A stretch of DNA of 64,000 nt from Rubripirellula sp. Its GTDB lineage: Bacteria; Planctomycetota; Planctomycetia; Pirellulales; Pirellulaceae. The notes below the pieces were generated by a model that was given only the letters and a program-made list of their open reading frames with translations, was not told where the DNA came from and did no database searches. Within the stretch, counting starts at the first letter, position 1, and each line of letters starts with the position of its first letter. Position numbers and translations under genes: made by a program. This document shows positions 9,597 through 18,704 of this stretch, piece after piece. The DNA lies in assembly GCA_965216875.1 (NCBI GenBank), contig OZ244207.1:7232001-7296000 (forward strand), given 5' to 3'.

Positions 9597-12500
9597 ATGG
9601 CTGATAACGACAAGCAGCCCGAGAGCAAAGACGAATTCGATTTCATCATTGTTGGATCGGGGGCCGGCGGAGCGCCGCTTGCCGCAAGGTTGGCACGTGA
9701 GGGCAAACGGGTCTTGGTGATCGAGGCTGGTCCCAACCAGTCCGATGCGCCCGCCACTGCACCACAAAACGAAGTCTCACGTGTTCCAGCGACTCACGCG
9801 GCTTCGTCCGAACATCCCGATCTGTCGTGGCAGTTCTTTGTCGATCACTACAAACGCAATCAACGCGGCCAACTACCCGAGGGAATTGAAGAGGACCCCA
9901 AGTGGCATGATCCAGCCGATGGTGACGCCCAGCAGACAGGTATCTTCTACCCGCGCGCATCAGGCGTTGGTGGGTGCACGATCCACAACGCCATGATCAC
10001 CGTCCTGGGCCCGCTCTCGGATTGGGACAACCTGGCCAGCTTTTTGGGCGACGATACTTGGAACGGCCGTCAAATGCAGGCCTATTTCAAGCGTCTTGAA
10101 CACAACGACTATCACCCCGTTCCCGACCATTCGCGATTGTCGCGGTCGCGCGCCTATTGGACTTATGTCAAGAATGGGTTCCTTTATCTGATCGGCCGCC
10201 GCCCTGATACCAACGCCGGCAAACACGGTTTTCAAGGTTGGCTGCACACGAGTTTTACCGACATCACGTTGGGGCTCAAAGACACGCAACTGATCAAGAT
10301 GTTGGCGGCTGCGGTCTGGGGATCCAAAAAAAGTGGCCTCGACACCATTGGTTCGTGGAAACGTTTCTTCTTGCGCGGTCGCTATCGGCAAGCGCTCGAT
10401 CCCAACCATAGCGAAACGATGGCCAATAGCCCCGAAGGGATCGCGCTGATTCCGTTGGCCGTACATGGAGGTCGCACGACGATCCATCAAGATCGCTCGA
10501 TGCCCTTCGCGATGCTGGGGCGACGCAGTAGTCCGCGCGAATACCTTTTGTCGACGCTTGCGCTGCATCCCGAAAACCTCACGATCATGACCGATTGTTT
10601 GGTCACCAAGGTCATCCTAAAAACGCGAGGCCGAGGAGACGACGCAAAGAAGGTGGCTGTTGGGGTCGAATACCAAGAAGGTGCCAGCCTCTACCGAGCT
10701 CACCCCGATCCGAGTGAAAAGGATGGCAAAAAGAAGACGTTGCGCGTTCGACCGGGTGGTGAAGTCATCCTTTGTGGCGGGTCGTTCAATACGCCCCAAC
10801 TTCTGATGCTGTCAGGCATTGGGGAAAAGGACGACGATGGAAACATCTCGCTGTCCGCGTCAAGCGAACCACCGGAAAAGCCAATCAAGTGCGAGGTCGA
10901 TCTGCCCGGCGTTGGCAAGAACCTGCAAGATCGGTACGAAGTCTCGGTGGTCAGCGAAATGAACGAGGAGTTCGCGCTGCTAAAAGGTGCCACCTTCAAC
11001 GTTCCTGAAGATCCCGAACAACCTGATCGACACCTTCGTCGTTGGCGCGAAGAAGGAACGGGACTCTACAGCAGCAACGGTGGCGTGCTCGCAATCCTTA
11101 AACGCTCACGCCCCGACCTTGCTCAGCCCGATCTGTTCATCTTTGGCGTTCCGCTCAAATTTGAAGGCTATGAAGTTGGCTATTCCAACCTCAACCAAAA
11201 GAACCTCTTTTCGTGGGTCATTCTGAAAGCCCATACCGAGAATCGCGACGGCTGGGTCAAACTTCGAAGCACCGATCCACGTGACACGCCCGAGATCAAT
11301 TTCAACTATTTTCAGACCATCTCGCGCGCTGGGAAGAGTGAAACGGATCCGGATTTGCAAGCGGTGGTTCACGGCGTTCGCTTCGTGCGTGATTTCCTAA
11401 AGAACGCAAAACGTATCGTTCGGACAGAAGTGCATCCCGGCAGCGAAGTTTCAAGTGACGATGCGGTGCGTGATTGGGTGCGCCGTGATGCATGGGGACA
11501 TCACGCCTGTGGTACTTGCCGAATGGGACCCGATGGCGACAAAAACGCCGTCCTTGATAGTCGGTTTCGCGTTCGGAACGTGAGCAACTTGCGCATCGTG
11601 GATGCATCGATCTTCCCGACGATCCCCGGCTATTTCATCGTTTCGAACATCTACATGGCTTCGGAAAAGGCAGCCGATGTCATCATCGAAGATCACGCTG
11701 ACGACGAAGAAGTTGATCTGAATGAGTACCCCAAAGAGATGCGGGAACTCGAAGCGAAAACGATTCGTCAACGTCGTGAAGAGGCGAGTCAAACGAGCCG
11801 GTCAGACGTTCCCGAGCCTGAAGAGGTCGAAGTCGCTGGCCAGTGGCCCGCTGACCTGACGGGCTTGGCACTGTCGGGTGGTGGTATTCGCAGCGCAACG
11901 TTTTGTCTCGGTCTTCTGCAGGACCTCGCCAAGAACAATGTTTTGCGGAGAGTCGATTACTTGTCGACCGTATCGGGTGGCGGCTACATCGGATCGTTCT
12001 TGGGACGCTTTTATGATCGGATGCGTGATGCGCAGAATCTGAATTCATTACCCGCTGTCGACCGCGCCGAACGCGAAATTGCATCTCCAACATCTCCCGA
12101 GCTTGATTGGTTGCGCAGCCACGGCAACTACATCGCGCCAGGCGGACGGGGTGATGGACGCTACAACTTTGCGATCTTTTTGCGCAACCTGCTCAGCGTG
12201 CATCTGATTATCTTCCTGTTGCTGTTTTCAGCATTCGGACTCGCAAACGCAATTCGCTACGGATTGTTTGATCAGATTCTTGCGACTTGGATGCTCTTTT
12301 TTCGCCAGCCGTTCCCCGTAGGAAATCTTGTCGAATCGGTCAGTGGTCCATGGTTCAGCCCTTGGTTCATGCTGGCCGAGGCAATCGCGTTGTTTGTCGT
12401 GTTGCCACGAATTCTCGGATACTGGATCGTTTCTCCAACCAAACACAACGCCTACAAGACGATTCCTTTGGTTCTTTTGTTCGTGATCGCTGGGACGCTG

Positions 12501-14390
12501 CTGTTCTTTGGCGTGCACGAGGGCCTCAAGCTGCAACTGGTGTTGTTGGGGTTAGCGATGTTTTCGTCCCTGGCTCACGTCGAATATGCGTGGTATTGGG
12601 GACGCTTGCGTGAGGCAGCTGTTGGCACCGGCGGCCCTGCAGCCCAGCGAGCGAGAACACGCAACGATTTGACTTACGACCTTGGGCTCGCATTGGCCTT
12701 AACAGGCATCACGCTTGCGTTTAGTTTGATCGATACCATTTCCAATGGTCTGCATGAGTGGCTGGTGCGCGGCAACGCAACTTACACGGCCGCATTTGCA
12801 TCGCTGATGGGAGCGATTGTTGCTCTGACGCCAGTCGCGCAATGGCTGGCAAAGTTTTTTGCAAGTGACCAAGCTTCGGGGCCTCGGTCGCTTGTGCGAA
12901 TGCTTCGTCGCGACATGATCGCCGGTTTGCTCGCGATCGTTCTCTTCACACTGCCTCTCGTGTTGTACTGCTTTGCATCGCACGCGGTGTATCGCGGAGG
13001 CGCACCTGAGTTTCTTTGGTGGGGGATCGGGTCGACACTTGTCGCCTTGGCACTCAGCATCGCTTTCACTCTGCCGGGAACATGGAGTTTTGTGAATCGA
13101 TCTTCCTTGGCAAACGTCTATGCGGCACGGCTAGCACGCGCTTACCTTGGCGCGTCGAATCCCGCGCGTCATCGCCCCGAAGGTCGGAACGTTGCTGAAG
13201 TGATGCCGGGTGATGATGTCGACTCGATTCGGCAGTATCGCCCCTATGGTGCGTCTGGGCCACTTCACCTGATCAACGTTACCGTTAACCAAACGATTGA
13301 TTATGGCTCGAGACTGGCCAAACGCGATCGGCAAGGCACGAACATGGCGGTCAGTTCGGTGGGGGTCACCGTTGGCGAACAATGGCACAGTGAATGGGTG
13401 GCACCTTCGGATGCAAGTCAATCGTTGGACACGACTCAACCCGTCGGGCTGAAACCTGTGGGTAGGCATCCCGGCGAAGCGCACCCGTTTATTGATGAAC
13501 TGAATCGATCGGCCGATCGAGCTGAAGTCCTCTCTTTGAGACAATGGATTGCGATTTCTGGCGCAGCCGTCGACCCCGGGCGCGGGCGCAATACCAATCT
13601 TGGGACGGCTCTGCTGTTTGGGCTGGTCAACCTTCGCACTGGCCATTGGTGGGACAGCGGAATCACGGAATCAGATCGCGTTGGTTTCCCAGCCAAATCG
13701 CCGATGCGGCGAATCCTCTATCTGCTACCGCGCGTGTTCACGACGCAGGCGTTGCTGTTATACGAATGGTTGGCCAGGTACCCGGGGCCATGGCAGCGTT
13801 TTTGGCATCTTTCCGATGGTGGCTATTTCGAAAACCTCGGCGTTTATGAACTGATTCGCCGGCGTGTTCCGCGGATCATCGCCTGCGACGGTGGTGCGGA
13901 TCCGAACTATGAGCTGAGTGACTTTTCGGAGTTGGTCCGGAAGGTGCGGATCGATTTCGGAGCAAGGATCGAACCGCTCAGTGAAGCAGAGATTGACGCC
14001 GTCAAGAAGAAGTTCGATACGCAAGATGCCTTCGAGAACATCGGCACGATCGAACAGCTACGTCCTGCGGGAGGTGCGTCGATCCCGAGCAAGCACGCGA
14101 CGCTGTGTTGGGTTCACTACCCGCGCGCACCGCGCCAATCGAAAGATCGCCCCACATCCTCTTCGCTCATGCTATACATCAAAGCGTCGGTCAACGGGGA
14201 TGAATCGGAAGACATTCGCAACTACCACCAAGCTCACCCGTCTTTTCCACATGAAAGCACGGCTGACCAGTTCTTTGACGAGGCTCAGTGGGAGAGCTAC
14301 CGAAAACTGGGCGAACATATCGGCGAGCTCTTTGACACGGATTGGTTCTGGAACGTTGACCTACCCACAAGCATCGAGGAAGTCGCGTGA
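9597..14390 (+). CDS. GMC oxidoreductase fused to patatin/cPLA2-like membrane phospholipase
   Basis: GMC half: IVGSGAGG FAD motif, RASGVGGCTIHNAM, GVGKNLQD, WGHHACGTCRMG, RIVDASIFP. Lipase half: GLALSGGGIRSA, YLSTVSGGGY, multiple TM helices, LSDGGYFENLG, FPHESTADQFFDEAQWESYR. One uninterrupted frame. Confidence 0.9.
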   Translation: MADNDKQPESKDEFDFIIVGSGAGGAPLAARLAREGKRVLVIEAGPNQSDAPATAPQNEVSRVPATHAASSEHPDLSWQFFVDHYKRNQRGQLPEGIEEDPKWHDPADGDAQQTGIFYPRASGVGGCTIHNAMITVLGPLSDWDNLASFLGDDTWNGRQMQAYFKRLEHNDYHPVPDHSRLSRSRAYWTYVKNGFLYLIGRRPDTNAGKHGFQGWLHTSFTDITLGLKDTQLIKMLAAAVWGSKKSGLDTIGSWKRFFLRGRYRQALDPNHSETMANSPEGIALIPLAVHGGRTTIHQDRSMPFAMLGRRSSPREYLLSTLALHPENLTIMTDCLVTKVILKTRGRGDDAKKVAVGVEYQEGASLYRAHPDPSEKDGKKKTLRVRPGGEVILCGGSFNTPQLLMLSGIGEKDDDGNISLSASSEPPEKPIKCEVDLPGVGKNLQDRYEVSVVSEMNEEFALLKGATFNVPEDPEQPDRHLRRWREEGTGLYSSNGGVLAILKRSRPDLAQPDLFIFGVPLKFEGYEVGYSNLNQKNLFSWVILKAHTENRDGWVKLRSTDPRDTPEINFNYFQTISRAGKSETDPDLQAVVHGVRFVRDFLKNAKRIVRTEVHPGSEVSSDDAVRDWVRRDAWGHHACGTCRMGPDGDKNAVLDSRFRVRNVSNLRIVDASIFPTIPGYFIVSNIYMASEKAADVIIEDHADDEEVDLNEYPKEMRELEAKTIRQRREEASQTSRSDVPEPEEVEVAGQWPADLTGLALSGGGIRSATFCLGLLQDLAKNNVLRRVDYLSTVSGGGYIGSFLGRFYDRMRDAQNLNSLPAVDRAEREIASPTSPELDWLRSHGNYIAPGGRGDGRYNFAIFLRNLLSVHLIIFLLLFSAFGLANAIRYGLFDQILATWMLFFRQPFPVGNLVESVSGPWFSPWFMLAEAIALFVVLPRILGYWIVSPTKHNAYKTIPLVLLFVIAGTLLFFGVHEGLKLQLVLLGLAMFSSLAHVEYAWYWGRLREAAVGTGGPAAQRARTRNDLTYDLGLALALTGITLAFSLIDTISNGLHEWLVRGNATYTAAFASLMGAIVALTPVAQWLAKFFASDQASGPRSLVRMLRRDMIAGLLAIVLFTLPLVLYCFASHAVYRGGAPEFLWWGIGSTLVALALSIAFTLPGTWSFVNRSSLANVYAARLARAYLGASNPARHRPEGRNVAEVMPGDDVDSIRQYRPYGASGPLHLINVTVNQTIDYGSRLAKRDRQGTNMAVSSVGVTVGEQWHSEWVAPSDASQSLDTTQPVGLKPVGRHPGEAHPFIDELNRSADRAEVLSLRQWIAISGAAVDPGRGRNTNLGTALLFGLVNLRTGHWWDSGITESDRVGFPAKSPMRRILYLLPRVFTTQALLLYEWLARYPGPWQRFWHLSDGGYFENLGVYELIRRRVPRIIACDGGADPNYELSDFSELVRKVRIDFGARIEPLSEAEIDAVKKKFDTQDAFENIGTIEQLRPAGGASIPSKHATLCWVHYPRAPRQSKDRPTSSSLMLYIKASVNGDESEDIRNYHQAHPSFPHESTADQFFDEAQWESYRKLGEHIGELFDTDWFWNVDLPTSIEEVA

Positions 14391-15724
14391 ACGTTGCGCT
14401 GCTACGCCGATTCCGAATGCAATGTGCGGTGGTCGGAGTCTTGATTGCCGCTGCCCATCTGCACGCATCCGATCACGCCGATCCGATTCTGCTGTTCGGT
14501 CCACCACAGGAACAAGGGCTGACGGGGTTGTTTGTGTTTCCGGTGGATGCGGATGGAAATGTGATTCACGCGTTTACGCGCCCCGCTGGGCTTCCACTTC
14601 ACAAGCCCGAAGCCGATATTGTTCGTCAGCCGTTGACCGAGGAAGAGGTCGACAAGATTCGCAGTGTCGTTTTCATCCTTTGCATTCGCCCGCAACTGAC
14701 CAACAACGAACAGTTTCGACCGTCACCCTATACCTATCGAATCCAGATCGACATCGACAGCTATCCCGAAGTCGATCTGATCAAGGTCGACGCTCCTTCG
14801 GCCGGCGTGATTCCTCGACCCAACGTTGATGAATCAATACCACACTCTCACAACGAGCCGCCGCCGATGAAGTTGATCGAGGCATACGCTCGCTACGGCG
14901 GACGCATTCCCAACTTCAGAGAGATTGAAGAGGACATCACGCTGGAATTCAAACTCAACAACAACGGAACCATCGCGGATGGTTATCCAATCATTGAGTC
15001 AGCGGGGGCGGATCCTAGCGGGATCGTTTGCGAAGCGGGGATTTTCGATGATCCATTTATCTTTCCGATGTTCTCCGACACGAACGTTGTGGCCATCACC
15101 GCGACAGTGCCCGTTGAGGTCTTTCGCGGCAAGACCGATCTATTGGTTTGGGGCACAACCCACAAGAAATCAAAGAAGATCGACCATGTCGGTCGCGCGC
15201 TGAGAACGCAGAACCCGAGATTCGAGATGCTCAATCGGCTTCGCCCCCGCGAGCATGTTGATGCGTTGCTCGCTGAACGCAATGACCCTGGATTGATCCG
15301 CGATCTCGCTCTCAAGTTCAACCTCAGTTCGTTGTTTGCCTATCGCGAGTGGGACTTCGTTCCCGATGTCGCTTGCTATTCGACGCGTTACCCAGCTGGT
15401 TTTCCGAACGGGCGTCTCCTTAGCGATGACATTGCTGCAATGCTCGCCCAGCACGGCGATGTGGTGCTGTTTGAACTTTCTCACGCCGGTGACGACTTTC
15501 GGTGGCCTCGCACGACGAAGCATGACCCCGAGTTTCATTCAGCCGCGCCCTACTTGACCGAAAGGTTTGGAAGTCGCCCACAACCGTCGGGCTACCGCCT
15601 GAGCGTCAAGAACAAGCTCCTACTCTTGGCGATCTTTTGTTTGGCGCTCGTGTTGTACGCGTTGTCGGTGTGGGTGTTCGCTCGGCTGTACTACAAATGG
15701 AAAGTTCGTAAGCGGTACCTCTGA
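14387..15724 (+). CDS. DUF4331-like exported protein with C-terminal membrane anchor
   Basis: Signal peptide then ASDHADP; DDPFIF, IDHVGR and PAGFPNGRLLSDD motifs; C-terminal TM helix plus basic tail; GTGA overlap with the upstream stop. Confidence 0.75.
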   Translation: MNVALLRRFRMQCAVVGVLIAAAHLHASDHADPILLFGPPQEQGLTGLFVFPVDADGNVIHAFTRPAGLPLHKPEADIVRQPLTEEEVDKIRSVVFILCIRPQLTNNEQFRPSPYTYRIQIDIDSYPEVDLIKVDAPSAGVIPRPNVDESIPHSHNEPPPMKLIEAYARYGGRIPNFREIEEDITLEFKLNNNGTIADGYPIIESAGADPSGIVCEAGIFDDPFIFPMFSDTNVVAITATVPVEVFRGKTDLLVWGTTHKKSKKIDHVGRALRTQNPRFEMLNRLRPREHVDALLAERNDPGLIRDLALKFNLSSLFAYREWDFVPDVACYSTRYPAGFPNGRLLSDDIAAMLAQHGDVVLFELSHAGDDFRWPRTTKHDPEFHSAAPYLTERFGSRPQPSGYRLSVKNKLLLLAIFCLALVLYALSVWVFARLYYKWKVRKRYL

Positions 15725-16785
15725 TGAAGTTTGATTCGTCCCACTTCGGCTCACAAGGGTTTGGCGATGAAGATCGTCGTGCCAAGGGATCGCGGTATAG
15801 CGACGTCAAGAAAGCACTTCATCACAATGCCTACTATCTTGAATGGAACGGTCCAGACGAGCCGGGTTTGCCGACGTATGGCGTGACGTTGGGGCGAGTG
15901 CTCAAGGGAATCCTACCCTACGGTCTACCATGGTGCTTTCGAGATGCTGCCGCTCGAACACTCGATTCGAATGCGGACATGCGTTGGGGGCCAGACAACC
16001 GTGGCTTCCGACGTTTGGTGCATCCGAATGGAGTTTGCTTGTTCGGCAAATGGAAGATCGATCAACCGACGCCTTACACGGGTTACTTTGAAGAGGGCAA
16101 AGAGGCGTTGATCATCGGCCGCTACTCGACCTGTTGTTCCGAAACTCGTCGTGGCAACAACCGATCGCTATCGTTGGTTGGAAAGCTTTATCCAACGGTT
16201 GATGAAAACCACACCGAGCTGCTTGAGACAGCAAACTTCATTACCCAAGAAGACCTTGGCGGGATGCGGACCGACTTCATCAACGATGCAAAACTTCGAA
16301 ACGCTCCCGACACAACTCCTTGGCGGCGCGGCTGGGGGGCACCAATTCTCTTGTTGACCGGGGTCGCGTTTCTGATGGTTGATCGCGAACCAACCGTCCG
16401 TCAACTCTATCCCGTCGCCGAACTTGGCAAGCCACGCGGTGAAGCGACGTATTGCCCGCGGTTCATGCAATTGACGGTTGGGTCGTCAATGCCGCGGATT
16501 GATGGCGATGGGTTGGATTTCCGAAATGAAATCATGGAACACATTTACGGAGACCGGGGAACAGGCAAGCTGACCTTTGACATTGAGGTCACCGACCACG
16601 GAACCACACATGGGTTGGTGATTCAAAGGCGTCGGTTTCCTAGAGGATGGCGTCGTATTGGGTCGATTGAGTTTACCGAGGCCGTCGTTTCATACAACAG
16701 CGACTTCGTGATCCACTTTCAGCACCCTCCCTGGCGCCGCGACCGCAACGACGCTGGCAGCGTGATTCGGAAACCGGACCGCTGA
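15724..16785 (+). CDS. Catalase-fold (catalase-related) protein
   Basis: RRLVHPNGVCLFG (distal His motif), IGRYS (RFS-like), SLVGKL, ANFITQ; TGATG overlap with the upstream gene. Confidence 0.65.
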   Translation: MKFDSSHFGSQGFGDEDRRAKGSRYSDVKKALHHNAYYLEWNGPDEPGLPTYGVTLGRVLKGILPYGLPWCFRDAAARTLDSNADMRWGPDNRGFRRLVHPNGVCLFGKWKIDQPTPYTGYFEEGKEALIIGRYSTCCSETRRGNNRSLSLVGKLYPTVDENHTELLETANFITQEDLGGMRTDFINDAKLRNAPDTTPWRRGWGAPILLLTGVAFLMVDREPTVRQLYPVAELGKPRGEATYCPRFMQLTVGSSMPRIDGDGLDFRNEIMEHIYGDRGTGKLTFDIEVTDHGTTHGLVIQRRRFPRGWRRIGSIEFTEAVVSYNSDFVIHFQHPPWRRDRNDAGSVIRKPDR

Positions 16786-16808
16786 ACAGCGTCATCGATT
16801 CTTCAGGG

Positions 16809-17333
16809 TCAACGATTCTTCGAAGCGCGATAGGAACGTCGCGTTTCGGGTTGCAGTCGTGATGATGGATCGCTGTCAGACATGCCGCCAAGACGCCATG
16901 CCTGCGATTCGCCCGACTTGAGATAGGCTTCGCGGAAGGCATCGAACGTGGTTTCGTGCAACACCTTGTCCATCGCTTCGTTGACCTCGACCAACTTGTC
17001 GTGAAGCGGGCACTTGTCGCCGACGCCACAGATCCCACCACCAAACGGGCAGCTTTCATCTTGGTCTTCGCGCTCGAAGAGTCGGTAGACGTCGTAGAGT
17101 TTGACCTCGATGGGATCCTTGGCGAACGAAAACCCGCCGCCCGGCCCACGTGATCCAACGACGATGCCCACCTGCGAAAGCGTTGAAAGAACTTTGGCCA
17201 CATAGGGACGCTGCAGCCCACGCGACTCGGCGATCTCTGATGCAGAGAGACGGGTATCCCCACCGTCGTACACTTCCGCGAGCCGGCTTAGCGCCGCAAT
17301 GGCTGTCTGGGTTGCACTACCGTAAGGATTCAT
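16809..17333 (-). CDS. Rrf2 family transcriptional regulator
   Basis: EIAE..LQRPYVAKVLSTL..GSRGPGGGF; CPFGGGICGVGDKCPLH Cys/His cluster. Confidence 0.93.
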   Translation of the reverse strand: MNPYGSATQTAIAALSRLAEVYDGGDTRLSASEIAESRGLQRPYVAKVLSTLSQVGIVVGSRGPGGGFSFAKDPIEVKLYDVYRLFEREDQDESCPFGGGICGVGDKCPLHDKLVEVNEAMDKVLHETTFDAFREAYLKSGESQAWRLGGMSDSDPSSRLQPETRRSYRASKNR

Positions 17334-17360
17334 TCAAAGGCAAATTGGGTGTGAGAATGG

Positions 17361-18632
17361 TCAAGATTGAGTGGCTGGTTCCGAGTCGCGGGACATCTGG
17401 CCCGAAAAGACCGAGACAACCAGTTTCAAGATCACGGTCAGGATCAACAGCCCCATCGCCCAAATACCCGCGGTCACTTTCCATTCAACCAAGCTGGGCG
17501 AGTATTCGACGATCTCGTGCAAGGTCGATGGAATGAAGCCTGGAATAATGAGACCCATTCCCTTTTCAATCCAGATGCCGACGATGCAAAGTAGGCACGC
17601 GATGATACGCAGCGACCCTCGTTCGAGCGCGGCCGGCATAAAGAACAGCAACGCCCCAAGCAGGTTGCAGGCAATCGATGTCCAAATCCAGGGAACCAGT
17701 CCGTTGTGCCCGTGGCTGCCAAAGTAAAGGTATTCGCCCGCGCCTTTGTGTGCGCCGCCGGTGTAAAAGATCGTGAAGACCTCGCTGCCCAGCATGATCA
17801 GGTTGGCAACCATCGCGACACGGATGATCTGAATCAACGTGTTGGCGGGTCCCGGATGTCCGTCATAACGCGTCGTCATCCGAATCACTCGCATGACAAG
17901 GATGATGAAGGCCGGCCCGCTGACAAAGGCGGATGCGAGAAACCGCGGTGCAAGCAGAGCTGTGTTCCAGAAGGGACGACCACCGAGACCACAGTAAAGG
18001 AAGGCCGTGACGGTATGGATGCTGATTGCCCAAATGATCGATAGGAACACAAAGGGAACGTACCAAGTTGGGTTCGGCTTTTTGCCCAAATACCGCATGT
18101 AAAGTAGGTAGCCGACGATGTGCAGGTTCAACAGCAGGTAGCCGTTAAGCACAATCACGTCCCAGGTCAGCATCGACATGGGCCAATTGAATCGCCCAAT
18201 CCCCGGGATCAAATGCCAAAAGCGATCTGGGCGACCAAGGTCGACCAAGACAAACGACGTGCACATGATGATCGCAGCGATCGCAACCGCTTCGCCAATG
18301 ATCACCACCTTGTGCATTTCCTCATCGTCGTACAGGTAGGCGGGGATCACCATCATCACGCCGCCAGCGGCAAGCCCGACACAGAAGGTGAAGTTGGCGA
18401 TGTAGAGCCCCCAACTCACGTGATCGGTCATGTTGGTGACGATCATCCCGTCAGCAACCTGATTGGCCCACGCGTTGGCGCCGACCAGGGCGACGGCGGT
18501 TAACGCCACCATCCAAGCGTAAAAGGCAAGTGATCCGTCGGTCGCGACCGAAAGGGATCGACGCAGGAACTGGGGGTAACTGGATATCGCAGTTCCCTTT
18601 CCAGCGGCTTGATTAGCTGTCGTGTCACTCAT
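17361..18632 (-). CDS. NrfD/PsrC/DsrP-family polytopic quinol-interacting membrane subunit
   Basis: VSWGLYIANFTF, DLGRPDRFWH, WPMSMLTWD, HTVTAFLY, RPFWNTALLAPRFLASAF; about 10 TM helices. Confidence 0.92.
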   Translation of the reverse strand: MSDTTANQAAGKGTAISSYPQFLRRSLSVATDGSLAFYAWMVALTAVALVGANAWANQVADGMIVTNMTDHVSWGLYIANFTFCVGLAAGGVMMVIPAYLYDDEEMHKVVIIGEAVAIAAIIMCTSFVLVDLGRPDRFWHLIPGIGRFNWPMSMLTWDVIVLNGYLLLNLHIVGYLLYMRYLGKKPNPTWYVPFVFLSIIWAISIHTVTAFLYCGLGGRPFWNTALLAPRFLASAFVSGPAFIILVMRVIRMTTRYDGHPGPANTLIQIIRVAMVANLIMLGSEVFTIFYTGGAHKGAGEYLYFGSHGHNGLVPWIWTSIACNLLGALLFFMPAALERGSLRIIACLLCIVGIWIEKGMGLIIPGFIPSTLHEIVEYSPSLVEWKVTAGIWAMGLLILTVILKLVVSVFSGQMSRDSEPATQS

Positions 18633-18704
18633 GATTGATTGCGTTGGTAAATCGTCGTGCCTCGACAAGGATTCGTTTCGGCCTGACTATTTTTCATGGA
18701 GCAG

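Noticed and set aside
13918..14829. 303-aa alternative-frame ORF spanning two genes
   Set aside because: Arg/Ser-rich off-frame translation typical of GC-rich coding DNA.
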